From assembly GCA_040766585.1 (NCBI GenBank), contig JAXGQE010000002.1, forward strand, positions 70,090-134,089: 64,000 nucleotides of DNA, read 5' to 3'. The position numbers were made by a program, and so were the translations under genes. The DNA comes from Candidatus Sumerlaeota bacterium. Its GTDB lineage: Bacteria; Bacillota; SLNR01. This document shows, one piece after another, positions 40,390-49,948 of this stretch. The notes under the pieces were generated by a model. The model was not told where the DNA came from. It saw only the letters and a list, made by a program, of their open reading frames with translations, and did no database searches. The first letter of the stretch is position 1; the number at the start of each line of letters is the position of its first letter.

Positions 40390-41840
40390 TAGTCAAGCTA
40401 CAGTCCATTACCCTTTCTTTTTTACTGTATAATTGACATAGTGTTGTGGATTGGTGTGCTCACCTACAGCTTGACTGTTTGATAGAGGATCCAACCACAT
40501 CTCTATGTCTTTTTGTTTATGAGTTAGATAACGCTTCGACGTTTTATCTCGGGCAAGGATACATGACATAGATGTATGTGGACCGCAACCAAAATTCTAT
40601 AAGGATGTGATTTTATGATCTATGTCGGTATTGATGTTGCCAGGGACAAACATGATTGTTACATTACTTCCTCAGAAGGTGAAATCATCAAGGATGTTTT
40701 TACTATCCCAAACAACATCAATGGTTTCAACTTATTGCTCTCCTCCATCCCAGATGTTCCAAAAGACAAAATAAGAGTGGGGCTGGAAGCGACTGGTCAC
40801 TACAGCATCAATCTCATGCGGTTTGTCACCGAGAACCAACTACCCCTAGTCGTCCTTAATCCGCTTCAAACCAATCTTTTCAGAAAGGCTCAAACCCTTA
40901 GAAAGAGCAAAACGGATAAAATCGATGCTAAACTCATTGCGATCATGCTGCATTCAGGCAACTTCAAACTCCACTCAGATTTATCTTACCATCTTCAGGA
41001 GCTTAAGTCACTCACACGACACAAATCAAGAATTAAGGAAAATTTGTCAAAGTATAAAATCTCTCTTACCAGAATCTTGGATATTATGTTCCCAGAGCTT
41101 GGTGACTTGGTTTACTCACTTAATCAAAAGTCTACCTATGCCTTACTACGGGCGTTTCCGTCTAAAAATGCACTCGCTTCCGCTCATCTGACAAAACTCA
41201 CAAATGTTCTTTGCCAAAATTCACGCGGTAAGTATGGCAGAGAAAAAGCCATTCTGATCAAGAAAACAGCTGCTGTATCGATTGGTTCGGATAGTCGGGC
41301 TTTATCTTTTGAGTTGTTGCAGGTCCTCTCATTCATTGAAACGTATACCTATGAAATCTGCAAAATTGATGATGAAATCAAAGCTATCATGGACGCAATG
41401 AAAAGTCCTATCCTCTCTGTGCCAGGTATATCTTATGGTCTTGGTTCAATCATCCTGGCTGAAATCGGTGATATTTCCAGATTCGAGTCTCCCTCAAAAC
41501 TCCTGGCTTTTGCCGGCCTTGAACCTTCGACTTACGAGTCTGGTAAATTTATTGCAACCGATATGAAAATGGTCAAAAGAGGTTCTCCTTATCTCAGGTG
41601 GGCTCTTTTGGAAGCGGCACGACTGATCAGCGTAAAAGATCCTAGATTCAGGGCTTATTACCTCAAGAAGAAAGCGGAAGGCAAGCATCACTTTGTTGCT
41701 ACTTCTCATGTTGCTAAAAAACTTGTTAGAGTTCTTCACCATTTGCTAATTCATCAGCTTAGTTTTACTCCTCAGAGTTAATTCATCTCACATAAACTCG
41801 ACCGTGGAGTAGCTTTTCCTACTCCTTCTTGGTGTGCAAA
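40390..41840 (+). mobile_element. IS110-family insertion sequence (copy 2, different lineage from copy 1); ends approximate
   Basis: Transposase 40615..41781 plus upstream leader with repeated AGCTTGACT motifs in both orientations, and a downstream hairpin terminator GGAGTAGcttttcCTACTCC at ~41800-41822. Confidence 0.4.
40615..41781 (+). CDS. IS110-family transposase
   Basis: MIYVGIDVARDKHDCYI (DEDD N-terminus) and ...LSVPGISYGLGSIILAEIGDISRFESPSKLLAFAGLEPSTYESGKF... (Transposase_20). Confidence 0.85.
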   Translation: MIYVGIDVARDKHDCYITSSEGEIIKDVFTIPNNINGFNLLLSSIPDVPKDKIRVGLEATGHYSINLMRFVTENQLPLVVLNPLQTNLFRKAQTLRKSKTDKIDAKLIAIMLHSGNFKLHSDLSYHLQELKSLTRHKSRIKENLSKYKISLTRILDIMFPELGDLVYSLNQKSTYALLRAFPSKNALASAHLTKLTNVLCQNSRGKYGREKAILIKKTAAVSIGSDSRALSFELLQVLSFIETYTYEICKIDDEIKAIMDAMKSPILSVPGISYGLGSIILAEIGDISRFESPSKLLAFAGLEPSTYESGKFIATDMKMVKRGSPYLRWALLEAARLISVKDPRFRAYYLKKKAEGKHHFVATSHVAKKLVRVLHHLLIHQLSFTPQS

Positions 41841-42291
41841 CTATACTTGTTTTGAAATCGTCAGGTTCTTTTCATAGTTTCTCTTGACTTCATATAGTTA
41901 GTCTCCTACTTGCATTATAGGACGGCGACTAAGGTTGGGCTACCAACTCAGGATGGAATCTGTGTCAATTTCTGTTGACATATCGGAATGCTTCCTGTGC
42001 TTTCATTATATGTCTGTTTTGGATGAGTATCAAGGGTGGGAACATCAAGAGATTACGATGATTTACTGAATGATGAAGGATGAATCGGATAAACTGTCTC
42101 GGGTCCCGGGATCGTGGGAGCCAGTCAATCCGTATCATCAGTTGGAATTCAAATCGAACCAGAAGAAAATAGATTAAGAATTCATGATATTTTCAGAACT
42201 TGTTCACACAGTTTTCACACAGGCTTTGTACACTAAGGACAAGGATCAGTAGGACTGCTGGTTCAATCGGCGGGAAAGGAGGTGCAGGATC

Positions 42292-42765
42292 TTGAAAAAT
42301 AAAACAACAGCCATTGTCTTGACCCTGGTGCTTTTGGTGATGGTGGGCATTGGAGCCGCTGTGGTATCGGCGGAGGAAACGGATGCGGATGCTGCCTGCA
42401 GCCCGATTCGGGATCGAATGGGCTGGCGCGGAGAATTGACCGATGATATGAAGGAAGAGATGGCAGCTCGTCGGGAGGCCATGATCGCTGCCCGGGAAAA
42501 ATGGGATGCACTGACGGATGAGCAAAAGGATGAGATTTACGATCTGGAAGATCAGATCGGTGCGCTGCGCGGTCAGATCATCAACCGGTATCAGCAGTGG
42601 GGAATCATGGATGAAGAAACTGCCGCCGGCATTCAGGAGCGGATCACAGAAAGACTTTCGAATATGAGAGAAGAAGGAAGAATGCCCATGGGCGGAGGCC
42701 GGATGGGTCGACGCGGGGGATGGGGCCCGCCGCCTTTGGCCGATGCGCCGGAAGGTGTAGAATAG
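42292..42765 (+). CDS. Secreted LTXXQ-motif protein (CpxP/Spy-like periplasmic-stress-protein family)
   Basis: TTG start with RBS GGAGGTG. Signal peptide TAIVLTLVLLVMVGIGAAVVSA. Two LTxxQ-type motifs (LTDDMKEEM, LTDEQKDEI). Gly/Arg-rich C-terminus. Confidence 0.5.
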   Translation: MKNKTTAIVLTLVLLVMVGIGAAVVSAEETDADAACSPIRDRMGWRGELTDDMKEEMAARREAMIAAREKWDALTDEQKDEIYDLEDQIGALRGQIINRYQQWGIMDEETAAGIQERITERLSNMREEGRMPMGGGRMGRRGGWGPPPLADAPEGVE

Positions 42766-42873
42766 CAGTCTGACAACCCGGAAAGGATTCTCTTTCCGGG
42801 TCTTTCACTGCAGATGACAGATTCGGCGGGAATGAGATATAATGGGGATAATGGATCAGGCAGGAGGCGGAAT

Positions 42874-43545
42874 ATGGAAAAGCTGCTGGTGGTGGATGAT
42901 GAAGAACAGATCCGGGCGTTAATACGAAAATATGCTGTATTCGCTGGCTACGATGTCACTGAGGCCAAAGATGGCATGGAAGCGGTAACATTGTGCCGCG
43001 ACCGCACGTTCGATCTGATCATTATGGATGTGATGATGCCGGAGATGGATGGATTTGATGCGGTTCGCGAGATCCGACGGTTCCAGGATACCCCGGTGCT
43101 AATGCTGTCGGCTCGGGGTGAAGAATACGATCGTATTCACGGGTTTCAGGTAGGGGCAGACGATTATGTGGTCAAACCGTTCTCTCCCCGGGAACTGATG
43201 CTGCGTATTGAAGCGATTCTGAAGCGAGGACAGCGCTCAAACCGCGACCCGGAGCATGATGTGTTTTCGGATAGTGGGCTGAAAGTGGATTTCACGGCGC
43301 GGCAGGTGACTGCAGACGATGTGCCCCTGGAATTATCCCCCAAAGAGTACGATTTGCTTTTTTACCTGGTCCGAAACCGGGGAATCGCTTTGAGCCGGGA
43401 TTCACTGATTACAGAAGTGTGGGGATATGAGTACGACGGCGATGACCGTACATTGGATACGCATATCAAGCTGCTGCGCCGGTCGTTGGGGGAACGAGCC
43501 GGACGCATCGTCACATTGCGAGGCGTGGGCTATCGCTTTGAATAG
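42874..43545 (+). CDS. OmpR/PhoB-family response regulator
   Basis: Start MEKLLVVDDEEQIR (RBS GGCAGGAGG). Receiver domain with D at ...LIIMDVMMP...; winged-helix C-terminus ...TLRGVGYRFE. Confidence 0.9.
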   Translation: MEKLLVVDDEEQIRALIRKYAVFAGYDVTEAKDGMEAVTLCRDRTFDLIIMDVMMPEMDGFDAVREIRRFQDTPVLMLSARGEEYDRIHGFQVGADDYVVKPFSPRELMLRIEAILKRGQRSNRDPEHDVFSDSGLKVDFTARQVTADDVPLELSPKEYDLLFYLVRNRGIALSRDSLITEVWGYEYDGDDRTLDTHIKLLRRSLGERAGRIVTLRGVGYRFE

Positions 43546-43569
43546 AAGAGAAGGGAGAGGAAAACGACC

Positions 43570-45064
43570 ATGAAAGGCCAAACCAAAAACATGTCGGTAC
43601 AGTGGAAAATTTTCTTGTCCCTTCTGGGGTTCAGTGCGATTTTGCTGGTGGTGTTGTATTTCAGCCAGATTGTATTTCTCGGGCGTTTTTATCGATTTGT
43701 CAAAATCAATCAGGTGCGCAGCGGCGCTGCTGCTGTGGCTGCCCAGACATCGGAACTGAACTGGGATGACCAGCTGGAGGATCTGGCGTCAGAAAGGCAG
43801 ATGGGAATTGAAGTGGTAACCCTTACCGGGATTGTCCGAAGTGAATCCGGAACCGCAGCGGACAGCATCCTGTCCATGATGTCTCGGGAGGAGAAAGTTC
43901 GATTGATTCGCCAGGCTGCTGATAATGGCGGGGAAATCATGGTGTACTTCAACCGGGAAACTTTTCGGGAATCCCGGCAGATTGGGTCGGTCATCCGCGG
44001 TCGTATGGGGTGGCTGACTGTGCCGGCCCAATCCAACATCCTTTACGCTCGCCTCTTTACAACCCCCCAAGGACAGCGGGCTGCTGTTTTAATTAGTTCC
44101 ATGGTAGCCCCGGTGGGGGCGACAGTCAGTGCCCTCAGAGCCCAGTTTTTTTACATTGCCGGGATTATGATTGTGTTGTCGGTATTGATTGCTTATCTGA
44201 CTTCCCGGGCCATCGCCCGACCGATCCATCGCATTGGGCAGCGAGCCAGAACATTGGCCCAGGGTGATTATGCCCCCAGCTTCCGAGGCGGCGGATATCG
44301 GGAAATTGATGAATTGGCGGACACGCTGAACTATGCAGCCGGAGAACTGTCCCGGGTGGATCAGATGCGGCGGGATCTCATGGCCAATGTGTCCCACGAC
44401 CTGCGTACCCCGCTTACTTTGATCAGTGGATACGCAGAGGCGATGATGGACCTGCCCGGCGAGGCCAGTCCGGAAAATGCCCGCATCATCGCTGAAGAAA
44501 CCCGTCGGCTGACCGCACTGGTGAATGATATGCTGGACATTTCCCGTTTGGAATCGGGGAAACGGCCCCTGCATCTTTCCGTGTTCAGTTTGACCGACAG
44601 CCTGGCCGAGACGATTCGCCGGCTGGGCATGCTGGTGGCCAAAGAAGGGTACACCATCGAGTTTCACTACGATCAGAATGCAGAGGTTCGAGGAGATGCA
44701 GAAATGATTTCTCAAGCCTTTTACAATCTTCTGATCAACGGAATCCACTATACCGGAGACGATCGCAAAGTTGTAGTCTCCCAAAAGGTGGAAGGTACGC
44801 AGGTCACGGTTTCGGTGGCGGACAGCGGTCCAGGGATTGCCCCGGGAGCACCTTCCCCATATTTGGGACCGGTACTACAAAGTTGACCGGGACCATCGCC
44901 GTCCTGTGGCCGGAACAGGTCTGGGCCTGTCCATTGTACGCTGGGCCATGGATGAACACGGGGCTCGGTACGGAGTACGATCAGAGCCAGGAAAGGGCAC
45001 TGAATTCTGGTTTACTCTGCCCCTTTGGAAAAAAGATAGCAATAAGGAGACGATCAGGACCTAA
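43570..45064 (+). pseudogene. Sensor histidine kinase, interrupted by a +1 frameshift at ~44846-44852 inside the HATPase_c domain
   Basis: Frame 1 gives TM, HAMP, and H-box (NVSHDLRTPLT) through ...VADSGPGIAP, then stops at 44886. Frame 2 from 44837 continues (L)PREHLPHIWDRYYKVDRDHRRPVAGTGLGLSIVRW (N/G1/G2 boxes) to 45064. The shift maps to the homopolymer run gCCCCGGGag. Confidence 0.7.
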
Positions 45065-45076
45065 AAACCTCCTAAT

Positions 45077-45112
45077 GATACTTTGTATCCCAACCTAGCT
45101 GCAGGTTGGGAT
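45077..45112 (+). terminator. Rho-independent terminator after the histidine-kinase gene
   Basis: ATCCCAACCTagctgcAGGTTGGGATatttgtatt: perfect 10-bp stem plus U-rich tail. Confidence 0.65.
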
Positions 45113-45459
45113 ATTTGTATTGGGTGTGATCGTTCAGCCTTTCGAGCAGGGCAATCGATTGACGGATGCACCAACACGAAATTCCAGAAACAGGAATTTG
45201 AACAATCCGAAAGACATTTTCCGATTGCGGTAATGCATCCGCTGTATCAGCAGGCGAGTGGATTTTTGCCAGAGAACCGACCAGCAATCCAATCTGATTT
45301 GGCCTGGTCTGCGGATCGATCTAGAAAATGGACCCCTACGAATGTACGGGTGGATTGAATTCATTGCGATTGTTTTGTGGGGGAAGGAATTCAACCAATT
45401 TCGGCCAAATAGTAGCAGTGTGATTTTGTTCTGCCCGGGAATGAAAAAATGAGAAGAGG

Positions 45460-46380
45460 ATGATTCGAAGAATGGAAAAGGTCGTCACGGTTCAGGATCT
45501 TACCAAAAAATACTTCGAAAAGAAGGTGGTAGACAGCATTAGCTTTTCAGTTGTCCAAGGAGAGATATTTGGGCTCCTGGGCCCCAATGGGGCGGGGAAA
45601 ACCACCACATTGGAATGCCTGGAGGGTATCCGGCATCCGGATTCAGGTCATATGCAAATCATGGGGATCGATCCGGTACGGGAACCGGAAAAGCTCAGAA
45701 ACCGGATTGGCGTTCAACTGCAGAGCGGAGGACTCCCTGCCACCATCAAAGTACGAGAAGCCATGCAGCTTTTCAGCGCCTATCACAAAACAGAGCCGCG
45801 AATGGATTTGCTCCAGAGATTGGGGCTTGAGGAGAAAATGGAAGCGGAGTATCATACTCTGTCCACGGGACAGCAGCGACGTCTGGCCCTGGCTTTGGCC
45901 ACAGCCCACGATCCGGCACTGTTGTTCCTGGATGAACCGACAGCGGGTCTAGATGTGGCCAGCCGTTCGGAACTGCACCGGCTCATGACGGAGATCAAAG
46001 AAAGCGGAACCACCATCATTCTTACTACCCATGATATGGCGGAAGCCGAGGAAATGGCAGATCGGGTGGCCATTATGCTTCAGGGGAAGATCATCTCCAT
46101 TGGCACTCCCCGGGAGTTGACAGCATCCGGATCGGGGTTAACGAAGATTTCTGTTCGGACACTGCAGAATTCAGCCGAGGCCACTTCTTTTCCGGCGGTT
46201 GCCAAGCGGTTCAATCTGGACGAGTATACCATTCTCTTTAGCAGTGATATTGGAGCGACGGTGTCGGCCATCATTGCACACATCGAACAAAAAGAGGATA
46301 CATTGATTGATCTTCGCGTGGAACGCCCTACCCTGGAGGAACGGTTTTTAGAATTGACGAAAGTGGGTGGCACAGCATGA
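45460..46380 (+). CDS. ABC transporter ATP-binding protein
   Basis: Walker A GPNGAGKTT, signature LSTGQQRRL, Walker B LLFLDEPTAGLD, H-loop. Confidence 0.9.
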   Translation: MIRRMEKVVTVQDLTKKYFEKKVVDSISFSVVQGEIFGLLGPNGAGKTTTLECLEGIRHPDSGHMQIMGIDPVREPEKLRNRIGVQLQSGGLPATIKVREAMQLFSAYHKTEPRMDLLQRLGLEEKMEAEYHTLSTGQQRRLALALATAHDPALLFLDEPTAGLDVASRSELHRLMTEIKESGTTIILTTHDMAEAEEMADRVAIMLQGKIISIGTPRELTASGSGLTKISVRTLQNSAEATSFPAVAKRFNLDEYTILFSSDIGATVSAIIAHIEQKEDTLIDLRVERPTLEERFLELTKVGGTA

Positions 46381-47207
46381 GGTCTGCGTTTGCATATCAC
46401 TTCTCTTTTGAATTTTTAACGGGACTGAGGAACAAAACACTGCTGCTGATGATCTACTTGCTCCCTTTGGGCTTTCACTTTATGATGGGATTGATGATGG
46501 TAAACATCAATCCGTTCTTTCAGGAAACCATGATTCCAGCCATGGTCATATTTGCCATTCTTTCCGGAATGATTCTAGGCCTACCTCAGCCTCTGGCTGA
46601 ATCCCGGGAAGCCGGAATATTCCGCAGCTATAAAATTAATGGGGTACCGGCATCATCCATCATCATTATCCCGGCGTTGTCGGCCCTGATTCATACGGTA
46701 ATCACAGCAGTGATTATTACTGCAACCGGACATCTATTCTTTGATGCCCCTCTGCCTCAAAACTGGGGTGCATTTGTCCTTGTATTTTTTCTGCTGGCTT
46801 TTACTTGCGCCGGCTTGGGAGCATTAATCGGTGTGATTTCATCCAGTTCTCGTATAACGGTTCTTTGGTCGCAGTTGATTTATCTGCCTTCCATGATGGT
46901 GGGTGGGTTGATGGTTCCTGCTGCGATGCTGCCGGATACACTGGCTCGAGTAGCCCGGCTCCTGCCCACTTCCTACGGAATGGATGCCTTCAAGGCGATG
47001 GCCATGGGCACAGCCCTGGAATATGAACCTGTATGGGCGCTCGTAATCCTTTTGGCTGTGGGCATTCTGGCCTTTGGATTATCGTTGTATCTGTTTAGCT
47101 GGGACAGCAAGAACAAATCTCCCCGAAGCCCTTTACTGGCCATACTGGTGCTGATCCCCTTCATTCTCGGTGTGATCCTACTGCCGCTGGGTGGACGAAT
47201 CCAATGA
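46377..47207 (+). CDS. ABC-2-type transporter permease
   Basis: 6 predicted TM helices; start overlaps the ATPase stop by 4 nt (ATGA). Confidence 0.8.
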   Translation: MRSAFAYHFSFEFLTGLRNKTLLLMIYLLPLGFHFMMGLMMVNINPFFQETMIPAMVIFAILSGMILGLPQPLAESREAGIFRSYKINGVPASSIIIIPALSALIHTVITAVIITATGHLFFDAPLPQNWGAFVLVFFLLAFTCAGLGALIGVISSSSRITVLWSQLIYLPSMMVGGLMVPAAMLPDTLARVARLLPTSYGMDAFKAMAMGTALEYEPVWALVILLAVGILAFGLSLYLFSWDSKNKSPRSPLLAILVLIPFILGVILLPLGGRIQ

Positions 47208-47490
47208 ATTGTCCAAGATTTGATCAGGCCAAAGGGGCGGATCAGTTTTGCTCGGCGATAAATGGCAGTGAATTCTCAGTATTTTCAGTCGGATCGATTC
47301 CCCATGAAGCAGTGATATATGCGAGAGGTCTTTTCATTTCGAAGTTCTCCTTTCAATAAGAATAAATTGAAGAGAATTTGATTATCATGCTTGTTTCGTT
47401 GATGAAATTTGCATATGAATCAAATTATCTTGATTTTTGTGCAAGTATGGTATACGATATTAGCATGATAATCAAATTGGAGGTGGTAGA

Positions 47491-48082
47491 ATGGCTATGC
47501 CCAATGAACTTCAATCAGCCCTAAAGCAAAATGGCGGAATCATTACTACCGCTCAAGCGAATCAAGCCGATCTCAAACGAAAGATTGCGACTGCTTGTTA
47601 ATTCAGGCAATTTGGAACGAGTGACTACGGGGATTTATGCTTTACCTGATGAATTTACTGACAAGATGTTTATCGTCCAGCTTCGGCGTCCAAAAATCAT
47701 CTATTCTCATGAAACAGCACTGTTTCTGCATGAGCTGACAGACCGTGATCCGATCAATTATATGGTTACTGTTCCAACAGGTTACAACCCAACACGGCTT
47801 CGAGAGGATGGCTTCACAGTCTTCACAATTAAGCGGGAATTGCACGAAATCGGAGTTACAAAACTCACAACAATGTTTGGAAACGCTGTTACGGTTTATG
47901 ATTTGGAACGCACAATTTGTGATTGCTTGAGAAGTCGGAACAATTTGGATATCTCCGTTGTGACAGATGCAGTCAAGCGTTATGCCAAGCGAAAAGATAA
48001 AAATCTGAGTAAACTCATGCAAATGGCAGAAACGTTCAAAGTGACCAAACTGCTCAGAGGCTACATGGAGGTGCTATTATGA
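47491..48082 (+). pseudogene. abiEi: AbiEi-type antitoxin/transcriptional regulator (type IV TA), disrupted by a -1 frameshift near 47568
   Basis: ATG 47491 with RBS GGAGGTGG. Frame A reads MAMPNELQSALKQNGGIITTAQANQAD... then stops at 47601. Frame B (47531..48082) continues ...ISNERLRLLVNSGNLERVTTGIYALPDE... A canonical AbiEi N-terminus (GGIITT...A.ISN..L..LV..G.LERV..G.Y) requires both frames. Confidence 0.6.
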
Positions 48083-48915
48083 AAACATCTACACAGTTAA
48101 AAGCTTTAATCCGAAACCTTTCGAAAAAATCGAATGTTGAGACCGAAATCCTGCTTCGTAATTTCATGATGGAGCGCTTTTTGGAACGTATAGCAGTTTC
48201 AGATTACAAACATAACTTTATCCTTAAAGGCGGCATGCTCATTGCTGCGATGGTTGGCATTGATGCGCGCACCACAATGGATATGGATGCTACGATCAAA
48301 GGTCAAACTCTATCTAAGGCTGAACTTACAGTGATCATTGAGAACATCTTAAAAACTCAAATTGAGGACGGGGCTGTATTTTCATTTCAAGGGATTGAGG
48401 AGATCCGAGAGGAAGCGGACTATCCGGGGTATCGCGTATCGATCGGAGCCGTCTTTGATAAAACGCGTCAGATGCTGAAGATAGACATCACAACTGGAGA
48501 TTCCGTTACCCCTAGGGAAATTGAGTATGCCTTTAAACTGATGTTTGAAGATAGAACAATCAGCATTATGGCATACAACTTTGAAACGGTGCTTGCTGAG
48601 AAGTATGAGACGATCATTACCCGTGGCGTGACCAATACCCGCATGAGAGATTTTTACGATGTATATGTCCTGACCAATACCCAAACCTTCGACGCAAGCA
48701 TTTTTAAGACAGCACTGAATAAGACAGCAGAAAAACGCGGCACTACCAAACAGATGTCTGCGGGAGTTATGAATACTATTGATTTCATAATGGGAAACGA
48801 GACAATGACTGATCTCTGGCAAAAATACCAAAAGAAATACTTCTATGCAGCTGACATTACGTGGGTAATGGTTATCAATGCTGTAAAAGCACTAGCTGAG
48901 AATTCCCTGAGCTAA
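48079..48915 (+). CDS. abiEii: AbiEii/AbiGii-family nucleotidyltransferase toxin (DUF1814)
   Basis: MKTSTQLKALIRNLSKKSNVETEILLRNFMMERFLERIAVSDYKHNFILKGGMLIA... canonical AbiEii start; overlaps abiEi stop by 4 nt. Confidence 0.8.
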   Translation: MKTSTQLKALIRNLSKKSNVETEILLRNFMMERFLERIAVSDYKHNFILKGGMLIAAMVGIDARTTMDMDATIKGQTLSKAELTVIIENILKTQIEDGAVFSFQGIEEIREEADYPGYRVSIGAVFDKTRQMLKIDITTGDSVTPREIEYAFKLMFEDRTISIMAYNFETVLAEKYETIITRGVTNTRMRDFYDVYVLTNTQTFDASIFKTALNKTAEKRGTTKQMSAGVMNTIDFIMGNETMTDLWQKYQKKYFYAADITWVMVINAVKALAENSLS

Positions 48916-48943
48916 TAACCACATCCGATCTAGGACACTATAC

Positions 48944-49882
48944 TCATTCATTAGACTTCATCAGTCTTCCGAGATCTTGATAGAAGTGTGAACCTGGTCC
49001 ATAAAGGTCATGTTTCACCAGTGCTGTGTAATAGCTGTCGATGGTGGATGGGGCATTGAATAGCGTTGTGAGCAGATATTTCTTGATGTTCCGGATGAAG
49101 GTGGTGTTTTTATCCAGGCATTCAAAGACATATTCAATGTGCGTGCTGTCGATGCGTTGCAGCCGTTCCTTGACCAAAGATGCGGGGTAATCATCCCCGG
49201 CAACGGTGATGTATTCTCGCTTGGAACAGAGGGTCTCCACCATCAGGTCCACGATTTCATCCAAACGATCTTTGTCATAACGCTTAACAATAAGCTCGTA
49301 TTCGATTTTCTCCTGGATGGATTCCTTGATGGAATGAGCATCCAATCCAATCTCATCCTTCTCGATCGTGGCTTCTCTTGATGGATCAGGGATTGATGGA
49401 TATTTACTTAATCCCTTAGTCTTTAATGGATCTTTATTTGTTTTCTTAGTATTTAATTGCGTTGGATTTCCCAACGTAGGTTTCTCCAACACTGGATTAT
49501 CCAAGATTGGCTTTTCCAACATAGGTTTTTCCAATGCAGGATTAGCCGACAGTGGTTCTTTGATTTCATCTGAAGGATCTACTACCAAGTGAGGCTTTTC
49601 ATAAATCGTGTAGTCTGTACCCTTAAGGTGACCATACTCATTCCTCTCTCTGGTTCGGACGATGTATCCAGCCCGTTCCAGTTCACGGACTGCTTCCCGA
49701 ATAGCATCGATGCTCTCCCGGTTGATCATGGAAAGCCCCTTGAGGGTGTAATCCCAGTCTTCCGGGAGTGACAGCATCTGAGATAGAAGACCTTTGGACT
49801 TCAGCGACAGATCCTTGTTTTTCAGATGATGATTCGCCATAACGGTGTAATCCCTCGTTTTCTCAACTCGAAATACAGCCAT
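48944..49882 (-). CDS. Plasmid/phage-type replication initiator (RepA_N / DnaD-like N-terminal domain) with Pro-rich repeat linker
   Basis: MAVFRVEKTRDYTVMANHHLKNKDLSLKSKGLLSQMLSLPEDWDYTLKGLSMI... is the RepA_N signature; central (L/M)EKPxLxNP repeats; RBS AAGGGAGGG. Confidence 0.65.
   Translation of the reverse strand: MAVFRVEKTRDYTVMANHHLKNKDLSLKSKGLLSQMLSLPEDWDYTLKGLSMINRESIDAIREAVRELERAGYIVRTRERNEYGHLKGTDYTIYEKPHLVVDPSDEIKEPLSANPALEKPMLEKPILDNPVLEKPTLGNPTQLNTKKTNKDPLKTKGLSKYPSIPDPSREATIEKDEIGLDAHSIKESIQEKIEYELIVKRYDKDRLDEIVDLMVETLCSKREYITVAGDDYPASLVKERLQRIDSTHIEYVFECLDKNTTFIRNIKKYLLTTLFNAPSTIDSYYTALVKHDLYGPGSHFYQDLGRLMKSNE
49461..49550. repeat. Six tandem imperfect 15-bp direct repeats inside the rep coding region (candidate iterons/oriV)
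   Basis: gttggatttcccaac / gtaggtttctccaac / actggattatccaag / attggcttttccaac / ataggtttttccaat / gcaggattagccgac; consensus nTGGnTTTTCCAAn. Confidence 0.6.
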
Positions 49883-49948
49883 CTGCATCCCTCCCTTCGA
49901 CCGGTTGAATAAAAAAAGCGCTTCGCATTGAAGCACTTCGGAGGGGAA

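Noticed and set aside
40380-40395. TTGTATAATG extended -10-like element just upstream of IS110 copy 2
   Set aside because: Lacks the single-nucleotide spacer of a true TGnTATAAT and has no obvious -35. Could be part of the IS leader but not callable as a promoter.
44089-44784. 231-aa minus-strand ORF
   Set aside because: Antisense of the histidine kinase; His/Gly/Gln-rich, no RBS.
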